Assembly (NCBI GenBank): GCA_029953675.1
Contig: JAMWBK010000003.1
Span: forward strand, 3,286,001-3,350,000
Length of the DNA stretch: 64,000 bases
Origin: Rhodosorus marinus CCMP1338
Taxonomy: Eukaryota > Plantae > Rhodophyta
Reading direction: 5' to 3'
Positions 57,001-64,000 of this stretch are shown piece by piece (within the stretch, counting starts at the first letter, position 1; every line of letters begins with the position of its first letter). The position numbers and the translations under genes are program-made. Below the pieces are notes generated by a model. That model had not been told where the DNA came from, did no database searches, and saw only the letters and a program-made list of their open reading frames with translations.

Positions 57001-57367
57001 GTTTCCCGTGATCGAGAAACACTCTGATGTGGCATACACTCTGCAATTACCGGATGAAATGCGGATACATCCGACATTTCACGTTTCCTTGCTAAAAGGT
57101 GCCCCTACGTGTCCTCCGAATTCTCCGATACGGAGTATCCCTCTCCAATCGGATCTCTATTCAACGTTACCGATCCTGTCGGTATTGGGAGTCCGCCATG
57201 CGGCTACCGGTGTCCGACAGTTCCTATGTTATCGCGAAAACGAATCCTACTCTGATGCGACTTGGATAACCGAGCCGGACTACCCCACCGATCTACAATC
57301 TCGACGACGCTTACGACACTACCTCAATTATCGCAAGGCGCTTGACGCGCTACCTTCAACTTCTTGA
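54015..57367 (+). CDS. pol: Pol: protease, RT, RNase H, integrase with GPY/F and degenerate chromodomain; 1-bp frameshift near 54905
   Basis: LIDTGA; SPYAAPVLYVDKKDG, RLCIDYRRLN, MPFGLKNAP, YVDDIL; TDASD, EKELYA, TDHNPL; HHCC, VDFIT, TDRD, TERVN; WLGPF, HPTFHVSLLK; QFLCYRENESYSDATW. Confidence 0.93.
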
Positions 57368-57411
57368 GTTTGTCCCCAAACTCGGCGGGAGGAATGTTAG
57401 AACTTGCCCTG

Positions 57412-58067
57412 ACATCAGCCCCCTTGGCCGTACGAGATGGGTTCGTCGTGCCCTCTCTGCTCTCAGACTGAAGACAACGCAGATTTTGGCGCCCACCTGC
57501 TCGCTAGTTGCCCGGCGGTGAAAGGTGCTCGAACCCGCCGCCACACACGGATCTTGAACCTGTTATACCGGGAACTTCGGCCTATAGTCCGGCAAGCCGG
57601 TCTGGAAATCGAACGTGAGAAACCTTTACCCGTCGCGGACTTTCAAAATGATGAACGCCGTGTAGCCGACCTGGTGATCACCTGTGACGACAGCCGCCGT
57701 ACCACATACGTTGATCTTGCTGTTCCTAACCCTCAAGCTAGTCGTTATCTCCCGGCTGCGGGGGAGCGCCGTGGATCTGCCGCCGCCAGCATGAGACGCC
57801 GCAAAGAGATCAAATACGCGGGGGCTTTGTCTTCCCCTGGTGTTCGTGCTTCGGCACTAGCACATCGCTTGGTACCCCTGATCATTGAGTGCTTTGGGTT
57901 CATGGACTCTGTTGGTTCTCGCTGGCTTCGGGAGTTGTTCCGCGAACGCCCTGACCGTCTTCAATTGTTGTTTACCCGCTTAAGTTTCCTGCTGTGGCGC
58001 ATGAATGCCGCTTTGATGTTGGAGGCGCGAGTACTTCGCCGCGCTTAGTCTTTTTTTCCCCTCGGGG
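57412..58067 (+). mobile_element. Family D 5'-truncated copy joined to the broken 3' LTR; its own 3' UTR is cut short
   Basis: ORF 57437..58048 nearly identical to the C-terminus of 22612..23541; UTR stops at CCCCTCGGGG whereas other D copies continue TTTTGTTTCAGCCTCCGATTAAACC. Confidence 0.92.
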
Positions 58068-58102
58068 TTTACGTTAGTCTGGGGTTACGTTAGTCTGGGG
58101 GT
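58064..58102 (+). repeat. Telomere-like tandem repeat (GGGGTTACGTTAGTCT)n, about 2.3 units
   Basis: GGGGTTTACGTTAGTCT GGGGTTACGTTAGTCT GGGGGT. Confidence 0.9.
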
Positions 58103-58597
58103 GACATTCTAGCCCGACACCCACGAACAGGCAAGCTCTACGTGATCGATGTGAAGGTGACCTCGCCTTTGCAAAGAACACACCTCCACAAAGCGTCTTG
58201 GGAGACCGGGTATGCGGCACGGAAAGCGGAAAAGTTTAAAGAGTCCAAATACCGTGACAGTATCGGAGAACATAACGACGACATCTTCGTCCCCTTCTGC
58301 CTGGAAACATTTGGGCAGATGGGACAACAAGCGAGTGAGTTCCTCAAGGAAGCGACTATACACCTGGATCAGCGGGCAACGCAAGTAAGTGAGGCTCGGG
58401 CGATCTTGAACCGCACTTTGTGGAAAGGAAACGCTATCCTTGCCACCCAGGCACGTCGTGTCGACGAAGCAGACTATGACATCGTCCCTATCTTAGAACG
58501 TAGCCACACAACCCATTAGGGGTTTCTTTGCTGACCAATAGGATCCTTATTGCTTCTTAATGGGCTCCAATAGGGAGTTCTTCAGTAAAGTGTACGC
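58102..58597 (+). mobile_element. Family B 5'-truncated 3' end (RLE plus UTR), identical to 62984-63479
   Basis: DILARHPRTGKLYVIDVKVTSP..FVPFCLETFG..ILERSHTTH; both copies 496 bp with no difference seen. Confidence 0.93.
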
Positions 58598-58659
58598 GGT
58601 TACGTTAGTCTGGGGTCATTGAGGGTTTGTTAGTCTGGGGTTGACGTTAGTCTGGGGTT
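58598..58659 (+). repeat. Telomere-like repeat tract with variant units
   Basis: GGTTACGTTAGTCTGGGGT-CATTGA-GGGTTTGTTAGTCT-GGGGTTGACGTTAGTCT-GGGGTT. Confidence 0.88.
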
Positions 58660-61600
58660 GGACTTTGGAGTTTATCGTGGTGATAAAGTTACACTTTCAT
58701 TCTTTCTACGAACGCTTATCGAGTGATATGACTACTCTCGAGCCCGTGCCTCCGGATGGGGGGGGCTTTTGCACAGACGCAACGATGGAAGACCTCCCGG
58801 CCGTTAGCCTGAGGGCAGACGGACCCGAGCCTCTGCCCGTACCTGTTTCTGAGCCTACAACTGCATCTGCACTTGACAACGACGTACCTACTCCCTTGGC
58901 TATTGACCTGAGCTGCGGAGCGCTGAAGCTGCATCTCGACGCGCCCAAGCATAAGACCCCGCTCTACAATGGGCTTATGCTGCGGTTTATGGGTCTCTTA
59001 GCCCAGGCACACGCCAATGGCACCGAGGCTCAACTCCTTCACAATCTGACTACGACGCCACACAAAGCTGCCCCGAGGGCACAACGCCCCCTCCCTGTCT
59101 ACGAACCAGCAAACTACGCCACTGCAGCAGCCCGCCCGCGATCTCCCGAGACACGTGATCTCGATTCCAATGCATTCCCAGATCTCGCAACGGCCAATGA
59201 GCAAGCACGGACAAGGACTCGAGCTCAACCTCAACCAATGAGCTGGACGACACGTGTCCGCGCCAACCAGACCCCAGCAGCTGCCAATCGCTCGTTTTTC
59301 GCGAGCATTCATGGGCTGCAGTACCAGAGCCAGAAGGACGTTGATGCATTTGTGCTACTCAATGCTCGACCTCGGGACTCCACCAGAAGCAAGGCCCATC
59401 ATGCTTGGGATATCGAGCGCCTAGCCGGCCTTCAGAAAAATTCGCTGCTCCAGCTGGACTACTTTGATCATCATGTACACGTCATCGCTCATCATACCGC
59501 CTTCCAACTACTCCGCGACGCTACCAACGCAGGGGCCTTCGAACCCACCAGAGGAGCACACCTGCCTCCTGATCAACGTATCCAAGCTGTCAAGCTCTCT
59601 CCAACGTCACACGAATACCTGAGCATGAGGGAAAAGCTCCGTCACCAACCGGCAGACTATCCCCGCGCTGCACTGATCCACAACCTGCTCCGCTACCGAC
59701 GGATCCAGCGGATTGTTACAAATCGCAGGAGTCTCCCACCCAACAACCGAGAGGCACTCCTGGGCCACGTCAGGGCCGAGCTCGATCGCACCCTGGCCAG
59801 CCTCCACGCTCACGCTCAACGAGCACCCGACAGTTGCCTGCGCGTGCCATTCTCCGACCCTGAGCTTCCAGAGCACTCGACAACAACCGAGCGCAGAGAG
59901 CCACGCTCTCTGGACCGAACCCGGGTAGCTGACCCTCAACCGGCGGCACTGGAGAGGGAGAGTGCGGAACCCCTCGCAGCGACTACGCATAGCGCTGATT
60001 CTGCCCAAGTCCCAGCCGCTCGGGAGGACAACACGCCTGAGACGCCTGCCGCGACAGCCCGTGATCCACTAGACTCGGAGCCTGACCCTCCACCACTAGC
60101 GATCAACCAGTGACCCCTGCAGAGCCGATGCAAGGACTTTCGACGGCCCAAGACAAGAGACAAGTGGCTCCACCCACTAAGCGCCCTAAGCCTGCCAACG
60201 CCGTCGACGACCTCACGCCCGACTCCCTCTCGTCGACTCAATCATGAGCAGCTCCTCAGACGAATATACTCCGAACCGCTCTCGCTCATCCCGCCGTGCT
60301 CGTGCTCGTCGCCAACGACCTCCCACTTCGACGCAGTCACTCTTCGAGACCGACTCGAACGCCTGGCTCTCGTCTCTGCACGACTTCACTCTCAACGTAA
60401 CCGATAATGGCAACCGCTGGTGGCAGCTGACTCAGGCTCCGACGCCTACTCGCCAATTCGTCCCCGATAACCTGAAAACACGCTGGAACCATCTCATGTC
60501 GAAAGCCCTGGAACTTGCCCTTGATACGTCAGCGCCGAACCTGTCACGCCTGTTCATCTTCGCTCTCCCCAGTCTCGCACTCGGCTACACAGGCGACCTG
60601 GCCCCTTCTGCGCAGATGCTCGCCGTTATGGACGGAAGGTTCTCCACGGTGTGGGAACACCTTACTGCTCACAGCAAAACCCTTGACACCAACTGTATCG
60701 TACCTCCGCCGCCTCAGACCCGCCACCGACAGAAACGAGCCCTACAACTCGCCAAAGCTCAACGTATGTCCCAGTCTAGCCAACTCCTACTGGCCACCGA
60801 TCTTGCCTCGAAGACTCCTGCCACCTGGCGCGTTCTGACTACGCTCTTCCCTGAGTACGAGGCCGCAACGCTCTCCTCGGAGCTTGAAGACGCCCTACAG
60901 GCAAAGCTCAACGGACTGCAACGCAATATATGGGACCCGACTTTGGCCTCTGACGAGAGCCTCCTGTCAACGCTGGAACACCTACCGTACGCCACAGCCC
61001 CCGGGCCGAGTGGACTCAAAGCCGAACATCTGCGAAGTCTCACCATGACAACGCAACCGGTACTTGTACGCTTCCTTCGCAAGCTTGCCACCACTCCGGA
61101 GAGCTTCCCTGACGTGTTTCTCGAAGCCATGCGCAGCAACCGACTCCTCGCGAAAGACAAGCGAACGTCTGCCGAAGCTAGACAAGGGTACCCTCTTCGC
61201 CTACGCCCGCTAGGGATTCCTGAGGTACTGCGGAAGGCCGTCACCCAATGGACACTTCGCGCTGTCGCCACGCCCCTTCGCGACTTTCTGCTCCCGGAAC
61301 AACTCGGCATCTCGGTCAGCGGCGGCTGCGAACACGCCATCCACCTCGCGGAAGCCCACCTCGCAGCGCGCCCGAATGACGTGCTCCTCAAACTTGATCT
61401 CGCAAACGCGTTCAACAGAATCGACCGACGCCTCGCAAACCGTATCATCGAGCTAGCTTTCCCCGAATTGAAGTCGCTTATGACAATGAGCTACGGACCA
61501 CGAGGCGAGAGCGCCCCACGCCAATTCGGATGGCGAGACAGCGATGTCGATGACTGGCTCCAGCTCCGAGCCTGGACTGGAGTCCAACAAGGCGATCCGT

Positions 61601-63479
61601 TGGGACCTGCTTTACACGCGCTCGCCCTTTCCCCACTCCTACGAGCACTACGAGACCGGTTTCCGAGGATCACCCTTAGCGCAATCCACGACGACCTCAC
61701 CTTACTTGGCCCTCTGAAGGACGTGAAAGAAGCGCTACACTGGAGCGAGCACCACCTCCCCGAAATAGGCGCACAACTTCAAAGGACGAAATGCGAGCTT
61801 TTTGGACTCCAACTGCCGACGACCAGACTCGTCAACAGGGAAATTCCCGACGTACATGTCACCCGGGACGGAATCCAACTTTATTCCATCCCTATTGGCA
61901 CACGGACCTACGTCCAAGACGCGAACAGGAAGCTACAACGAGAACATGAAAAACTCGTCCAAGAGGTCATCCGTCTACCGACCACTGAGCTACCAATTAA
62001 ACTGTGCCTATTCCGCTACTGCGCAGGACCGCGTCTAGACTTTGCTCTACGCACGCTCGCCCTACAATACGGAGCCAATCTCGCACGCGAAGCCGATCGC
62101 ATCTCGCTCCTGGAACTCGACAAACTGTGCGGCTCGCTCCTCGAAGGCCAGGGCCTCACAGGACCCGCAAAAGACGTGGTCGAAGCGCAGATCCAGCTCC
62201 CTTGCCGATGGGGTGGCGCAGGCCTAGCGATGAGAACACGAATACAACCCCTCGCCTTCTTCAGCAGTTGGCGACAGACTCTGAAGCTCAATTGGACTGG
62301 ATCTAGCCACCTAGGAGCGCTACTCGATGCCTGCACATCGACGAACCTGACCGAGCACCATCACATTCGACCCCTGCTCCACTCGACGGATCAACTTGGA
62401 GCACAACTAATCGAAGCGAGCCTCCACTCAAAACGCTGCCTGGCACGAGGAACACCGGCCCCCATACTCCGCCTAACAGAATGGCAATCGTTGGAGAGCC
62501 AAGAACAAGCAGAGAACCCGCACACACCACCCGACAGGCCCTTGATCGGTTCAACCCAAAAACTCCTCTCCAACTGGAGTCACCGACGGGCATTCGAGGA
62601 AATGGTGGAGAACGCGGAGATCAGCGAGACGGCACGTGCGCGAATACGCTCCTGCAAGGGATCAGGAGGGGGTACTTGGCTGCGAGACTTGCCAAGGAAA
62701 CACGGACGCGGCCTAAGTAGCGGAGAACTGAACCTGAGCCTTCGACAACTGTTGGGATTACCCCTGCCGGGTGTACGAATACTTGGTACGTGTACGATAT
62801 GTTCCCAACCACACGACGCTGCAGGCATTCAACGCCTTCACCACTGCACCAGCTCTACCGGCAGTTGGACAATTCGGCATAACATGGTCAGGGACGCCCT
62901 GGCGACAGTGCTGGGGACGTAACCCCATGACTAGAAGTGACAATAGAACCGACCGGACACTACCAAGGCAGTCGGCTTCGGCCTGACATTCTAGCCCGAC
63001 ACCCACGAACAGGCAAGCTCTACGTGATCGATGTGAAGGTGACCTCGCCTTTGCAAAGAACACACCTCCACAAAGCGTCTTGGGAGACCGGGTATGCGGC
63101 ACGGAAAGCGGAAAAGTTTAAAGAGTCCAAATACCGTGACAGTATCGGAGAACATAACGACGACATCTTCGTCCCCTTCTGCCTGGAAACATTTGGGCAG
63201 ATGGGACAACAAGCGAGTGAGTTCCTCAAGGAAGCGACTATACACCTGGATCAGCGGGCAACGCAAGTAAGTGAGGCTCGGGCGATCTTGAACCGCACTT
63301 TGTGGAAAGGAAACGCTATCCTTGCCACCCAGGCACGTCGTGTCGACGAAGCAGACTATGACATCGTCCCTATCTTAGAACGTAGCCACACAACCCATTA
63401 GGGGTTTCTTTGCTGACCAATAGGATCCTTATTGCTTCTTAATGGGCTCCAATAGGGAGTTCTTCAGTAAAGTGTACGC
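58660..63479 (+). mobile_element. Family B, apparently full-length (about 4.8 kb): ORF1 (ATG 58728, to about 60247), ORF2 RT-CCHC (60244..62922), RLE (62937..63401); lesions near 60090 and 62920
   Basis: APGPSGLKAEHL, RPLGIPEVLRK, QLGISVSGGCE, LDLANAFNRIDR, GVQQGDPLGP, AIHDD, CTICSQPHDAAGIQRLHHC, RHN, RPDI..IDVKVTSP; flanked on both sides by the G-rich repeat. Confidence 0.93.
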
Positions 63480-63555
63480 GGTTACGTTAGTCTGCCCAAT
63501 AAAGCTCACGGTTACGTTAGTCTGGGGTTAGTCTGGGGTTACGTTAGTCTGGGGT
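63480..63555 (+). repeat. Telomere-like repeats containing a 16-bp family A 3'-end micro-insertion and an 11-bp variant unit
   Basis: GGTTACGTTAGTCT | GCCCAATAAAGCTCAC | GGTTACGTTAGTCT GGGGTTAGTCT GGGGTTACGTTAGTCT GGGGT. Confidence 0.9.
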
Positions 63556-63911
63556 AAAGAGGCGATGAGTGTGGAAAAGCCCGAGGAGAAGTTCATCCCG
63601 ATCGCGATAGAGACCTTTGGGCGGAGCGGGAGGTTGACGCAAGACTTTTTGCGGGACAGTTGTAAACACTTGTTGCATCGAGATGAGGAGCTGAGGGATG
63701 CACGATCCCAGTTAAACAGGATCCTATGGCAGGGCAACGCGGCGATTGCGCTTGGCGCTCTACGTGCGGACCAGTTGGAGAACCCACTGGTTCCTGTTTT
63801 TTCTTTTGAACGTAGCATGAGACCCCGGTAGCGGGGTTGTTGTGAGTGATTCCCTAGATAGCAATCGGCTTAGTGTTACGTCGCATTAGGCGACTGCCCA
63901 ATAAAGCTCAC
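63556..63911 (+). mobile_element. Family A 5'-truncated 3' end, followed by GGTTACGTTAGTCT (63912-63925)
   Basis: MSVEKPEEKFIPIAIETFGR..QLENPLVPVFSFERSMRPR; UTR ends CCAATAAAGCTCAC. Confidence 0.92.
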
Positions 63912-63925
63912 GGTTACGTTAGTCT

Positions 63926-64000
63926 AGCCCCGCCAGTGTGGATTCACCGGTGGAGATTGTGGAAGCCCTCCAAGGCCTACTCACGACGGCCCACGACACA
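63926..64000 (+). mobile_element. Start of another 5'-truncated family A-like RT fragment, running off the window
   Basis: SPASVDSPVEIVEALQGLL resembles family A ORF2 NPAEGDIPDEIAHALQSLL. Confidence 0.55.

Larger units (their letters stand above)
52960..57414 (+). mobile_element. Ty3/gypsy LTR retrotransposon (chromovirus-like) inserted in family A ORF1; 3' LTR truncated to 20 bp
   Basis: 5' LTR 52960-53178 with TGTTAGAACT..AGTTCTAACA termini; gag; PR-RT-RH-IN order; polypurine tract GGCGGGAGGAA; 3' LTR start 57395-57414. Confidence 0.95.

Noticed and set aside
58064-58102. Possibility that the targeted repeat is a spliced-leader RNA gene, the classic CRE/SLACS target
   Set aside because: No SL gene features (exon-GT donor, Sm site, repeated gene body) occur around the units; only the 16-mer itself is repeated.
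58660-58730. HDV-like or hammerhead ribozyme at element 5' ends (also 15012-15072, 29740-29790, 50086-50357)
   Set aside because: I could not identify the conserved cores by eye; a covariance-model search would be needed, so nothing is claimed.
29870-63401. Programmed frameshifting as an explanation for breaks at about 30260, 54905, 60090 and 62920
   Set aside because: No consistent slippery sites or conservation between copies; mutation or long-read consensus error is more parsimonious.
12766-64000. Numerous long antisense or alternate-frame ORFs in the ORF track (e.g. 25786..26673, 53903..54634, 60759..61448)
   Set aside because: They are shadows of GC-rich retroelement coding sequence with no independent motifs.

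Overview
Eukaryotic nuclear DNA with short GT-AG introns; the organism cannot be determined from the sequence, though a compact algal or protist genome is plausible. Bases 1-12.4 kb form a dense housekeeping block: Sir2 sirtuin, a divergent intronless SdhB, a NAP/SET chaperone, an oxysterol-binding protein, a WD40 protein and hypotheticals. Bases 12.8-64 kb look subtelomeric. They are a nested array of at least four families (here A, B, C, D) of CRE/SLACS-like non-LTR retrotransposons (RT plus CCHC plus restriction-like endonuclease; a separate ORF1 is visible in A, B and C). The region also holds one Ty3/gypsy chromovirus-like element and three secreted-protein genes. The main observation is a 16-bp G-rich repeat, (GGGGTTACGTTAGTCT)n, found almost only at element junctions. 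Families A and B end directly in it and the next 5'-truncated copy starts after its G-run. It is also appended to broken ends of unrelated sequences at short GG(TT) seeds. This fits an unusual telomere repeat targeted by several retrotransposon families, with telomerase-like healing and retrotransposition alternately extending a chromosome end (57.4-64 kb), and fossil seeds at 14.6, 29.7 and 51.3 kb. That the repeat is telomeric is inference and needs checking at chromosome ends. Family names and most element boundaries are approximate and by eye; many 1-bp frameshifts could be assembly errors.
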